Assembly (NCBI GenBank): GCA_963674735.2
Contig: CAXXQS010000002.1
Span: forward strand, 1,824,001 to 1,888,000
Length of the DNA: 64,000 bases
Reading direction: 5' to 3'
Source of the DNA: Myxococcota bacterium
GTDB lineage: Bacteria; Myxococcota_A; SURF-8
Positions 27,493 through 36,765 of this stretch are shown one piece after another. Each line of letters opens with the position of its first letter. Positions within the stretch are counted from its first letter, which is position 1. A program made the translations under genes and the position numbers. The notes beneath the pieces are model-generated. The model saw nothing but the letters and a program-made list of their open reading frames with translations, did not search any database and was not told the DNA's origin.

Positions 27493-29337
27493 GTGACGGA
27501 CGGGATAGCGGGTTTCATTCGGTCGTATTTCAATCGGGACTTTTTCCGATATCTGGTTGCGGGGGGCAGCGCCGCGCTGGTCAACTGGACGGTTTTTTTC
27601 GTCTGCTTTCACCTGCTGGGATTGTCGTACGTGCTGTCGGGCGTCGCGGCCTTTGTAATTGCGTGGACGGTCAACACCGCCATCACGGTGCGCTATGTCT
27701 TTCACAAGCGCGACCGTTTCGCCTTTCAAACCAGCCTGCTTCTGATGCTGATCGTCAGCCTGATCGGCGCGCTGCTGGATGTCTCGTTGCTGGGAGTGTT
27801 TTACAAGACGGTCGGCGTGCCCGCCATGCTTTCCAAGGTGATCGCCTCGGGGCTGGTGCTGGGTTGGAACTACACCGCCCGCAAATACTTCATCTACAGC
27901 CCCAGTGCGGACGGCCCCGCCGAAGCCCCCGGCGATGCGGTGTTCGATTCCTTCTTTGCGCGTTTGCGCGGCTCGTTCATCGGACGCCACGCCGCCTGGC
28001 TTCTTCTGCTGGCCGTGTTTGCAGGCGGACTGCTCGGGGTGCAGCTTTATCTGGACGCCCAAACGCCGTCCCATGGCTGGAACGAAATTCTGCCGGGCAC
28101 CGACGCCCACGAGTACCACCGCTTCGCCTACAATCTGTCCAAGGGGCGCGCCTATTCCTACGAGGTGCCGCGTCACGACCGGGCGGCCATGTTTGCCCCG
28201 CTGCTCGATGAAAACGGAGCGCTCAAGCCCCATTTCGCCGCACTCGAACGCTTCGTGGTGGACAAACCCGACGACGCTTTGGCCCCGACGGCTGCGCGCT
28301 CACCCGGTTTCCCCTGGTTTTTGGCCGCTACCTACGCGGTGATGGGAGAAAACGGAGTGGCGGCCATGCGCGTGATTCAGTGCCTGGTGGCCGGTCTGGC
28401 CGCGTGCCTGGTGCTGTTGGCGGCGGGTCGTATCCGGCGCGGGCTGTTTGTGGCGGTGGCGTTGGGGGGCTTTGTCTTCAACGACCTGATTTATGAATTT
28501 TGCGCCCAGATTCTCACCGACGCCTGGGCGGTGTTGTGGCTGGGGCTGGCCTTCGTGCTGGCGGCGGCCAATACCAAACGGCGGCTGTGGCTGGACGCCC
28601 TGGCGGGGGCCGTTTTGGCTTTCGATCTATTAGTGCGCCCCAATCACGGTTTGATTCTGCCTTTCTACGGCCTGTTCATCTTGTGGGAAACGCCCGGCTG
28701 GACGGACAAGTTCAAGCGCGGGGCGGTTTTCGGCGTGGCGTTTGCCCTGGTTCTAACCCCTTGGGTCGTCCGCAACTACGCTCAGTTCGACGCCTTCGTG
28801 CCCTTCTCGACTCAAGGCGGACAAACCCTGGCCACCTACAACTGCGATGCCGCCTACGCGCGGCGCGGCAACTGGGGCGGAAAAATATCCCCCGAGGTGC
28901 AGGCCGACCTGGCGAAAATCAGCAACCCCATCGAGCGGCAGGCCTATTTCGTCAACCATTTCAAAGCCTGGGTGACAAACAATCCGGGCAAGATGGCCGA
29001 GATGGTGGGCTGGCGCACGTTGACCGCCTGGTTTTCGGGGCTTTACTCCATCGCCGATCAGGAATTCCGCCTGCGGCGTTTGCCCCTGACCCTGGTGTTG
29101 ATCTTCCTGCCCTTCGGACTGTGGTTCGGGCGGCGCGAACGCTGGGTACGCATCGCCTTTCTGTACCTGCTGGCCTATCAGATCAACTCCTGGCTGTTTA
29201 CCGGGCAGGTGCGCTACCTGATCCACTACCAGGTGGTGCTGGTGTTGTTGGCCGCACGTGGAGTGGTGGGGGTGCTGAATCCGTCGGCCGTTACCGGCTG
29301 GGGGAACTCTGTTGCCGACAAGGAGGGACAGCCATGA
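27493..29337 (+). CDS. GtrA-family flippase domain fused to an ArnT/GT-C-type membrane glycosyltransferase
   Basis: N-terminal FFRYLVAGG...VN and WNY..RK.F.Y (GtrA); then D..EY..FA.NL, R.PGFP.FLA, LVRP and PWVVRNY (ArnT/PMT-2-like). GTG start after GGAGA. Confidence 0.75.
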   Translation: MTDGIAGFIRSYFNRDFFRYLVAGGSAALVNWTVFFVCFHLLGLSYVLSGVAAFVIAWTVNTAITVRYVFHKRDRFAFQTSLLLMLIVSLIGALLDVSLLGVFYKTVGVPAMLSKVIASGLVLGWNYTARKYFIYSPSADGPAEAPGDAVFDSFFARLRGSFIGRHAAWLLLLAVFAGGLLGVQLYLDAQTPSHGWNEILPGTDAHEYHRFAYNLSKGRAYSYEVPRHDRAAMFAPLLDENGALKPHFAALERFVVDKPDDALAPTAARSPGFPWFLAATYAVMGENGVAAMRVIQCLVAGLAACLVLLAAGRIRRGLFVAVALGGFVFNDLIYEFCAQILTDAWAVLWLGLAFVLAAANTKRRLWLDALAGAVLAFDLLVRPNHGLILPFYGLFILWETPGWTDKFKRGAVFGVAFALVLTPWVVRNYAQFDAFVPFSTQGGQTLATYNCDAAYARRGNWGGKISPEVQADLAKISNPIERQAYFVNHFKAWVTNNPGKMAEMVGWRTLTAWFSGLYSIADQEFRLRRLPLTLVLIFLPFGLWFGRRERWVRIAFLYLLAYQINSWLFTGQVRYLIHYQVVLVLLAARGVVGVLNPSAVTGWGNSVADKEGQP

Positions 29338-30302
29338 CGAATCCGGTCGAACGATCCGCCGCCGACGAGCGGGTGTGGCGCAGCGGCCACGGCGTGACGG
29401 TGTTGATTCCCTGTTACAATGAAGCCGTGACCATCGCCAAGGTGATCGAGGATTTCAAGCGCGAACTGCCCGCCGCCGAAATCGTGGTGTACGACAACAA
29501 CTCGACCGACGACACCGCGCGTATCGCTCGCGAACACGGGGCCACGGTACGGCGCGAGGTGCGTCAGGGAAAGGGCTTCGTGATCGCCGGGATGTTCCGG
29601 CGCGAACTGGCCGACTATTTCGTGATGGTGGACGGCGACGATACCTACGAGGCCGCCAGCGTGCACGACCTGCTGCGGCCGGTGGTGGAGGGCGATGCCG
29701 ACATGACCGTGGGGGCACGGCTCAAAGAATTCAGCGAGACGTCTTTCCGGCGCTTTCACGTTTTCGGCAACAACCTGGTGCGCTCGTTGATCAACACCAT
29801 CTTTCGCAGCGATCTGACCGACATTATGTCGGGTTATCGCGCCTATACCGCCGAGGTGGCCCAGTGCACGCCCGTGGTGGCTTCCGGTTTCGAGGTCGAA
29901 ACCGAAATGACCTTGCAGATGCTGTATCATCATTTCGTGATCAAGGAAGTGACCACGCCCTATCGCGAGCGCCCGGCGGGCAGCTACTCGAAGCTCAACA
30001 CCTTTTCCGACGGTATCCGCGTGATTTTCAAAATTCTGGGTATCTTCAAATCGGCCAAACCGCTGACCTTTTTCGGACTGATCGGGATTTTCTTTTTCCT
30101 GATCGGGATGATGCTGGGGGCGGTGGTGATTTACGAATACCTGGTTTACAGCTACATCTTCCGCGTTCCCACCGCGATTCTGGCGGCCAGCTGCGTGCTG
30201 CTGTCGTTTTTCTCGGTGAGCGTGGGACTTATCCTGCACACGGTGAATTTTCGCATGAAGGAACTATACGATGTTCTACGCAAAATGCACCGTGCGCCCT
30301 GA
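29334..30302 (+). CDS. GT2 polyprenol-phosphate glycosyltransferase (GtrB/DPM-like) with C-terminal TM helices
   Basis: LIPCYNE, DNNSTD, GKG, DGDDTY, D.MSGYR, FEVETE and SKL...DG. True start at 29334 overlaps the upstream stop. Confidence 0.9.
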   Translation: MTNPVERSAADERVWRSGHGVTVLIPCYNEAVTIAKVIEDFKRELPAAEIVVYDNNSTDDTARIAREHGATVRREVRQGKGFVIAGMFRRELADYFVMVDGDDTYEAASVHDLLRPVVEGDADMTVGARLKEFSETSFRRFHVFGNNLVRSLINTIFRSDLTDIMSGYRAYTAEVAQCTPVVASGFEVETEMTLQMLYHHFVIKEVTTPYRERPAGSYSKLNTFSDGIRVIFKILGIFKSAKPLTFFGLIGIFFFLIGMMLGAVVIYEYLVYSYIFRVPTAILAASCVLLSFFSVSVGLILHTVNFRMKELYDVLRKMHRAP

Positions 30303-30390
30303 GCGGGGGGGGGGCGAACGGCGGTGGTGGTAAATCTGGGCCGGGTGCGCGGCCGGGAATGAACGCCTCCCCACGCACCCGACGCAACGG

Positions 30391-30549
30391 CTAAAAGAGG
30401 GCGTAGATAAACGGCGCCAAGGCTGAGCTTTCGGTAAACACGATCAGCGCACCCAAGAGCAGCAGCATCAGAATAATCGGCGCGAGCCAGAATTTTTTAC
30501 GAACTTTGAGGAACCCCCAGAGTTCTTTTACGATGGAAACGGAACCCAT
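30391..30549 (-). CDS. DUF5989-family small membrane protein (52 aa)
   Basis: Manual translation MGSVSIVKELWGFLKVRKKFWLAPIILMLLLLGALIVFTESSALAPFIYALF matches the family pattern RKK.WL.P...APFIY.LF. AAGGA upstream; below the ORF-track length cutoff. Confidence 0.85.
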   Translation of the reverse strand: MGSVSIVKELWGFLKVRKKFWLAPIILMLLLLGALIVFTESSALAPFIYALF

Positions 30550-30645
30550 GGTTATCACATCCTTTGTTTTTCAAACGCTCGATATTCCTGATATACCTTA
30601 TCTGTAGGGTAATCGGCAACCCTTTTTACTCTGGAAATAAGAGCC

Positions 30646-31929
30646 ATGTGTGCCGCTTCATCATTCCGAAAAACATTCAACGCCGCCGAAACCGGTTCCG
30701 ACCGGCCGCGTATTGCCTATCTCACCACCTATTTTCCGGGCTTGACCGAGACCGCCGTCATCAAAGAGATGTATGAAGTGGACCGCAGCGGGTTGGCGGT
30801 GGAAGTGGTGGCCCTGCGCGGTGAGTACGACGGCGTATTCGATGAAAAAGCCTTGCGCTTCAAGGATGTTACCCAGCATTTTGACCGGCGTGCGCTGTTG
30901 CGTGGGTGGCTTGAACACAGCCGCTTGCTGGCCCGGGCGGATCGTCGCTACCTCGCTATTTTGCGGCAGGTGGCCACCGAGAGCGGGTCGGCGATTTTGG
31001 CTGCCAAGAATTTCGCCGCCGTGTTATTCGGTCTGGCTTTCATGCGCGGGTTTGAAAAACGGGGCCTGCGCTATCTGCACGCCAATTTCGGCACCTATCA
31101 GGCCACCAGCGCCTGGGCGATCCACCGCCTGACGGGCATTCCCTACGGCTTTACCGTTCACGCCCACGAAATTTTCGTTTCACCCTCCCTGATGCGCGCC
31201 AAACTGGCCGACGCCGCTTTGCCGGTGACGATTTCCGACTATAATATCCACTACATGCGCGAGCGACTGGGCTTGTCCACCGAACGCGTCGAGCGCATCC
31301 GCTGCGGGGTGGATCTGTCGCAGATTCCGTTTTCCGCGCGTCCGAAACGCGACATACCCTTGATTCTGGGCGTGGCGCGCCTCGATCTGATGAAGGGCTT
31401 CGAATTCCTCATCGACGCGGCGGGGATTTTGAAGACCCGCGGGATTCAAACGGAAATCGAGATTATCGGCCGTGACGACGGCGGACGCATGGCCGCCTTG
31501 CAGGCCCGCGCCGAAAAAGCCGGGGTGGCGGAGGTTCTGACGCTTCCAGGCGTGGTGTCCCAGGACGAATTATGGGCCGCCTATCGACGCGCGTCCATCT
31601 TCGCCTTGCCCTGCATCACCGCCCCCGACGGCGCGCAGGATGGGGTTCCGGCCACGTTGATGGAGGCCATGGCGGCGGGCGTCCCCACGGTGAGTGCGCG
31701 GACCAGCGGCATTCCCGAGCTGGTAGTGCATGGTGAAACCGGTCTTCTGGCCGACCCCGAAGACGCGGCGGGTCTGGCGGATCAACTGCAACGGCTCATC
31801 CGGGAACCGGCGTTGGCTGCGCGTCTGGCCGAGGCCGGACGCGAGAAAGTGGCGCGGGAATACGATAGCGCCGCCAATGCCCGGCAACTCGCCGCCCGCA
31901 TCCGCGCCGTGATCGAGCAGAATCACTAG
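30646..31929 (+). CDS. GT4 family glycosyltransferase
   Basis: AYL...FP..TET....E, HANF, FT.HAHEIF, RL...KG and DG.P..LMEAMA.G.P.V. Exact start uncertain. Confidence 0.9.
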   Translation: MCAASSFRKTFNAAETGSDRPRIAYLTTYFPGLTETAVIKEMYEVDRSGLAVEVVALRGEYDGVFDEKALRFKDVTQHFDRRALLRGWLEHSRLLARADRRYLAILRQVATESGSAILAAKNFAAVLFGLAFMRGFEKRGLRYLHANFGTYQATSAWAIHRLTGIPYGFTVHAHEIFVSPSLMRAKLADAALPVTISDYNIHYMRERLGLSTERVERIRCGVDLSQIPFSARPKRDIPLILGVARLDLMKGFEFLIDAAGILKTRGIQTEIEIIGRDDGGRMAALQARAEKAGVAEVLTLPGVVSQDELWAAYRRASIFALPCITAPDGAQDGVPATLMEAMAAGVPTVSARTSGIPELVVHGETGLLADPEDAAGLADQLQRLIREPALAARLAEAGREKVAREYDSAANARQLAARIRAVIEQNH

Positions 31930-32006
31930 CCTTCCGGCCGATCCTCTCCCGCTTATTCCCGGTCAACATTCCGATTGGTTTCGATTGTGATGTGAGGAAA
32001 GACGAT

Positions 32007-32909
32007 CTAGCGGCGGCCGCCGATATCGGACAGGTCGCCGTCCAGCGGAGTATCGCCGTCCATGGGCGTGTCGCCGTCTACCACGTCGAGGGTTCCGCAC
32101 TGGCAGACATCGTGGCCGCGATCGGCGTCGCGACCGCAGCCCAACAGCGATAAGCCCAGAGCCGTGCATTCGTCGGCGCAACTGAGCAATCCGACGGTGC
32201 CTTCGGTGCAGACGGCGATGCTGTCGCCCATGCAGGTCGGCTGGGTGGACTGGCAGATCTCGGACTCGGGCACGTCGGAACAATGGCAGGTTTCCGCAGG
32301 ACCTTCCATGTCGACCTGGCAGGATTCGAAATAATAACCCTGAGTTTCACATTGCTGACGGCAACTGACGGCACTGTAACCGCCCGCGTCGCTGCAGACG
32401 TTGACGAAGCCCTCGCGGCATTTGATCATGTCCGCTGAGCAGGCCGAGGTGTCGAGGCCTTCACACAAGCAAGTCGAAGTGTCGCTGTCCTCATCGATGC
32501 CGCAGCCTTGCGATTCCAGTCCGTAATTTTCGCAGTAGGCGCTGCAATCGACGAGCGTCCACTCGCAGGAACGGCAGATTTCGACGTTATCGCCGGTGCA
32601 ACGCTGCTCGCCTTCGGTACAGCAGTCTTCCACGCATTGGCAAAAATCGTGCCCGCGTTCGTCGTCCATGGCGCAATCGCCGCCGTAGATCAGTCCCAGG
32701 TTGGCGCAGAGTTGATCGCAAGCTTCGAACGCCCACCGGCCGTCCGCGCCGCAGATCTTGAGCCGATCGCCCTCGCAGGAGATCGTTTCGTCGCCGCCGC
32801 AGTATACCGGATCGCTCGGATCGATTTCAGCTTCGTCCGTACAGGCCACGGCGGCCAGCATGATCAACAGCCCGCAGATAAGCAACCTCAACCGGGTATA
32901 CGCCAACAT
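32007..32909 (-). CDS. Cys-rich repeat lipoprotein
   Basis: Lipobox AVAC, four ~60-aa repeats of about 8 Cys each and a C-terminal DGD repeat; AAGGAGG RBS. Confidence 0.75.
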   Translation of the reverse strand: MLAYTRLRLLICGLLIMLAAVACTDEAEIDPSDPVYCGGDETISCEGDRLKICGADGRWAFEACDQLCANLGLIYGGDCAMDDERGHDFCQCVEDCCTEGEQRCTGDNVEICRSCEWTLVDCSAYCENYGLESQGCGIDEDSDTSTCLCEGLDTSACSADMIKCREGFVNVCSDAGGYSAVSCRQQCETQGYYFESCQVDMEGPAETCHCSDVPESEICQSTQPTCMGDSIAVCTEGTVGLLSCADECTALGLSLLGCGRDADRGHDVCQCGTLDVVDGDTPMDGDTPLDGDLSDIGGRR

Positions 32910-33067
32910 CGTTACGCCTCCTTGTCAACCTATCGCGAGCCACCATACCCCAGCCTGCACGTGTCGTCAAGCGGGGCATCGTCGCTTTCCCGGTCTGTCG
33001 AGTTGACAGGCGCGGCGTTGCGGCGTACAAAAAGAGGGAAGGAATCGTCAGTTTCCAGGAGGGCTTC

Positions 33068-34216
33068 ATGGCCGACCAAGACCGTTACATCCTCGATCCG
33101 CGTGCGTTTCGTACGCTGATCGATCTGCTGCCCGAGCCGATTTTTCTGCTCGACACCGACAGCCTTATCCGGTTGGCCAATCGCCCGGCCCGCGATCGTT
33201 TCGAAGCGGTGGAAGGCAAACCCATTGCCAGTTTGGTTTCAGGGGACGACCTTCCCGACCACATGGCTTTGACCGATGTCGGCACGCTTCCGTTGATCGA
33301 CGGACAAACCTATATCAGCGCCGTTTCACCCCTGCATATCGGGGATCGCACCTATCAGCTGTTGCGCCTGCAGCGATCCGACAGCGTTTGGCCGCTTCTG
33401 CCCGCCGATAAAATGGATCTGGTGGGGGCGTTGTCCGCCGGGGCCGCCCATGAAGTGAACAATCCCCTGAGCGGCATTTTGCAGTCGGTCCAGCTTCTTT
33501 CCCGCGCCCTGGATATCGATTCTCCACCGGCGAAGCGGCGGCTGGAAGAGATCGGCTTCGACGAAGAGGGACGGCGTAAGGTGGCCGCCTATGTGGAAGA
33601 CCGAAAACTGCTTTACTTTGTTGATATCGTCGCCGAAGCGGGCCAGCGGACTTCCGGAATGCTCAATACTCTGTTGCGTTTCACCCGGCGACGAACCGAG
33701 CCGATGGAAACGACCGATCTGAAAGAGTTGATCGAGAAGGCGTTTTTTCTGGCGCGGCTCGATAACGATATGAAAAAGGAATTCGATTTTAGAAGTGTCG
33801 AAATCAACTTCAATGCCCCGAACGGGTCGGTCGAGATGTTGTGCGATCCGCAGAGCCTTTTGCATGCCGTACTGAATCTTCTCAAGTATGTCGCCTCCAA
33901 GCTGCACCAGCGCCAGTGTGATGAGCCCGACCTGACCCGGCGTCTGACCCTGGAAATCGAGCCGGGCGAAAGCGACATCTGCGTGTCGATTATTCATAAC
34001 GGCGCCGCGATCGAGGCAGCCGAAGCGCGTCACTTCAATCGTCCGCTCGACTGGTATCTGGAGCGAATGGACGCGGGGCTGCCGTTGGCGGTCTGTCGCA
34101 CCATCGTCGTCTGGCTGCACCAAGGCCGGTTGGAGTTGCCCGCCCCCGACGACACCCCCCAACGTATCGCTCTCGTGTTGCCGCAGGCACCGAGTGCGGA
34201 AGGAAGACCGCGATGA
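33068..34216 (+). CDS. PAS sensor histidine kinase with degenerate ATP-binding boxes
   Basis: PAS-like start and H-box AHEVNNPL; N/G1/G2 boxes read NLLKYV, HNGAA and GLPLA. Confidence 0.8.
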   Translation: MADQDRYILDPRAFRTLIDLLPEPIFLLDTDSLIRLANRPARDRFEAVEGKPIASLVSGDDLPDHMALTDVGTLPLIDGQTYISAVSPLHIGDRTYQLLRLQRSDSVWPLLPADKMDLVGALSAGAAHEVNNPLSGILQSVQLLSRALDIDSPPAKRRLEEIGFDEEGRRKVAAYVEDRKLLYFVDIVAEAGQRTSGMLNTLLRFTRRRTEPMETTDLKELIEKAFFLARLDNDMKKEFDFRSVEINFNAPNGSVEMLCDPQSLLHAVLNLLKYVASKLHQRQCDEPDLTRRLTLEIEPGESDICVSIIHNGAAIEAAEARHFNRPLDWYLERMDAGLPLAVCRTIVVWLHQGRLELPAPDDTPQRIALVLPQAPSAEGRPR

Positions 34217-34596
34217 AGGCAAGCTGTATTCTGATTATCGAAGATGAGTTGTATATTCGCGATAGTCTGGCCGAATTCTTCAAGGATGAAGGGTATTTGG
34301 TCGAAGTCGCGGCCAGCGGCGAAGAAGGGCTGGGCATCCTCAAACGCTGTCATGTGGATGTGGCCATCGTGGATATCCGGCTTTCCGGTATCGACGGGGA
34401 GCGAACCATTCAACATATCAAGCAACTCTACCCAAAGGTGTACATCCTGGTTTTCACCGGTTCGCTGGAATTTCAGATTTCGTCGGATCTGGCTCAACTG
34501 GGTCTCAGCGAGGGTGACGTGATTTACAAACCCATCAACGATCTTTCGGTCATCAGCCAGAAGGTCGCCGCTTTGGGCTTCAAGCCCGCATCTTGA
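34213..34596 (+). CDS. Single-domain response regulator
   Basis: ILIIEDE, DIRLSGIDG, FTG and KP; ATGA overlap with the kinase gene. Confidence 0.9.
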   Translation: MKASCILIIEDELYIRDSLAEFFKDEGYLVEVAASGEEGLGILKRCHVDVAIVDIRLSGIDGERTIQHIKQLYPKVYILVFTGSLEFQISSDLAQLGLSEGDVIYKPINDLSVISQKVAALGFKPAS

Positions 34597-34659
34597 CGAT
34601 GTCTTGTATGAATGGAGGGTGTCGAGTCGGTCGCACTCACCTGTTCTGAAAAACGCTCC

Positions 34660-36765
34660 TCAGCCCATCCAACGCAAAACCAGCGCTTCTCCCAGCAGCA
34701 AAAGCAAAAGCAGCCAGGCCATGGCGGCCGCCATTTCCACCCGCTGTTCGGCCAGCCCACCTTCGGCCAGCCCGGCCAGGCGAGAACCGGAGCCGAAAGC
34801 CTCCGCACGCGTGACGGCGTCCATGGGGGTCAGGTCCGACTCGCGCAAGTCCGTTTCGACAGCGACGATCTGTTCGCCTGCGGAGCTGTCGAGGCGGTAG
34901 AATCCGGGGACGGAGAAAGGCGGTGTCACCGGTCGGTCGGTGGCGGCGTCGCGCGTCAGTTTCACGCGCCGTCCGGACGGCTCGATCAGGGTCGCCTGGC
35001 GCGCGTTGTCGGGTAAGCGCAGCCACTCCCCCACCTGCTTGCTGTTGGGGTCGAGCCGGTCACCCGTGGTGGTGAGGGCGGCGGCCAACTCCTGCATCAG
35101 TGGCAGGAAGCCGGGTTGGATGGGCAGGTCGGTCCAGCTGCGGCTGACGCTGGTGGTGTAGAGCAGGCTACGGCCCTGTCCCACCTGTTTGAGTGCCAAT
35201 GCCGGGGAACCGTCGGTGTAGGCGGCCAGGATCGTCGTATCGGGCAGGGCGGCGCTGTCGAAGGTCATGTAGCGCCGCACCGGCGTGGTGGTGAGGCTTT
35301 TCATGGTTTCATCGTTGAAGATGCGAAAAGCGGGATACTGGGTATCGAGGCGCGACAGATAGACGGCCGAACCGGTTCGGCCCGGATCGATACGATCGCC
35401 GCCGATGTGGTCGCCGCGCAGCGGACCGGGCAGCAGAGCGGCCAGGTCGCGGTTGTAGGCTTCCACGTCGATGTTGGGCCCCATGCTCATGAACAGCGCG
35501 CCGCCATTGGTAACGAAACTCACCAGCGCCGCCGCCGCGTCGGAGCTCAGGCGCGGCACATGGCAGAGATAGACCAGATCGATTTCGTCGAGCGCCGCCG
35601 GGGTGAACGATTCGGGGCTGAGACTGCGGGCGCGGATACGCGAGCGGTCGATACCACCGGGATTCAAGGCCTGCTTGAGGTAGAAGATTTCGTCCAGGTA
35701 GCGGGTGGTGGACGGGCGTCCGTTAATTAGCAGCGTGCGGATATCGCGCCCGGTGTCGAGTACGCCGTGACGGCGGTTGTCAATCTCCAGCGCGTCGACG
35801 TCGGCCTCCACTCCGATGGCGGCTTCCATTTCGAGTCGCCCGATTTGAGTGACGGCGACCACGAATTCCTTGATACCCGTTTCCCCGGCACGCAAATCGA
35901 GGAACCCGTCGGCGGCGTTTTTACCGTCGATGGAAACCGAGAGGGGCAAAGCTGAGATGGGTTGAGACCCGAAATTCGCGACCTGTACGCGCACGCGCCA
36001 GTCGCGCGGTCCCGAGAAGGGTGCGCGTTCGGCTTCGAGCGCGGCCACGGCCAAGTTGGGCAAGGCGGCTTGCTCACGCACGTCGATGGCGGTGACGCGG
36101 CTTTTGCCTTCGGGGTCGTCGAAACGAAAATCGTGATCGTAGCCTGCGCGAGTCAGATCGCCCAGGATGTACACCCGCCGTTCGGGCAGCGCCGAGCCTT
36201 CGAGCAGGGCGCGGGCGCGCTCCAGCGCCGGACCGAAGTCGTTGGGCAGATACGTGGGCGTGAGGCGTTTCAGGGCGTCGAGCACCGGTTGACGATCGAA
36301 GGACGGAGCCAGCGGTGGCCGCTCGTCGCCGAGGGGAGCGACGACCAGCCCCACCGCGTCGGAATCGGGGAAGGAGCGGGTCAGTTCGCGGGCCTTGACG
36401 ACGGCGCGTTCGAACAGGCCTGTGCCGTTGTGGCGGGCCTGCATGGACAGGCTGGCGTCCAGTAGAATCAGCCGGGCCGTTGGACGGCCGGTGTCGGCGG
36501 CGGCCAGGGCGTCGGCCGGAGGCCGGGTGTAGGGACGCGCCAGCCAGGCGACCAGCGCGGCGATCAGCAGGGTGCGCAACGCGAGCAGCAGCCATTGTTT
36601 GAGCTTCAAGCTGCGGGCCAGTCGTTGATTGGACAGCTGCACGAAATAGGTGGCGGCAAACGACACCTTGCGCGCGCGGCGGCGGTTGATCAGATGGATG
36701 ACGATCGGCAGCGCCGCGGCCAGTAGCCCCCACAACAGCGCGGGATTGACAAATCCGAGATTCAT
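34660..36765 (-). CDS. BatA N-terminal/vWA domain membrane protein
   Basis: FVNP.LLWGL.AAALPIVIHLINRRR, LLL.LR, ARP, MIDAS motif DASLSM, CARDB-like and glutamine-amidotransferase-like regions, ESDL and a C-terminal TM. Confidence 0.85.
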   Translation of the reverse strand: MNLGFVNPALLWGLLAAALPIVIHLINRRRARKVSFAATYFVQLSNQRLARSLKLKQWLLLALRTLLIAALVAWLARPYTRPPADALAAADTGRPTARLILLDASLSMQARHNGTGLFERAVVKARELTRSFPDSDAVGLVVAPLGDERPPLAPSFDRQPVLDALKRLTPTYLPNDFGPALERARALLEGSALPERRVYILGDLTRAGYDHDFRFDDPEGKSRVTAIDVREQAALPNLAVAALEAERAPFSGPRDWRVRVQVANFGSQPISALPLSVSIDGKNAADGFLDLRAGETGIKEFVVAVTQIGRLEMEAAIGVEADVDALEIDNRRHGVLDTGRDIRTLLINGRPSTTRYLDEIFYLKQALNPGGIDRSRIRARSLSPESFTPAALDEIDLVYLCHVPRLSSDAAAALVSFVTNGGALFMSMGPNIDVEAYNRDLAALLPGPLRGDHIGGDRIDPGRTGSAVYLSRLDTQYPAFRIFNDETMKSLTTTPVRRYMTFDSAALPDTTILAAYTDGSPALALKQVGQGRSLLYTTSVSRSWTDLPIQPGFLPLMQELAAALTTTGDRLDPNSKQVGEWLRLPDNARQATLIEPSGRRVKLTRDAATDRPVTPPFSVPGFYRLDSSAGEQIVAVETDLRESDLTPMDAVTRAEAFGSGSRLAGLAEGGLAEQRVEMAAAMAWLLLLLLLGEALVLRWMG

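Noticed and set aside
23187-27584. 1465-aa ORF on the minus strand
   Set aside because: Antisense shadow of two well-supported plus-strand lipoprotein genes. It has no recognisable motifs, and such shadows are expected with high-GC codon bias.
28500-29333. Apparent long N-terminal extension of the GT2 (600-aa ORF)
   Set aside because: Out-of-frame overlap with the GtrA/GT-C gene. An AAGGAGG RBS and ATGA coupling mark 29334 as the start.
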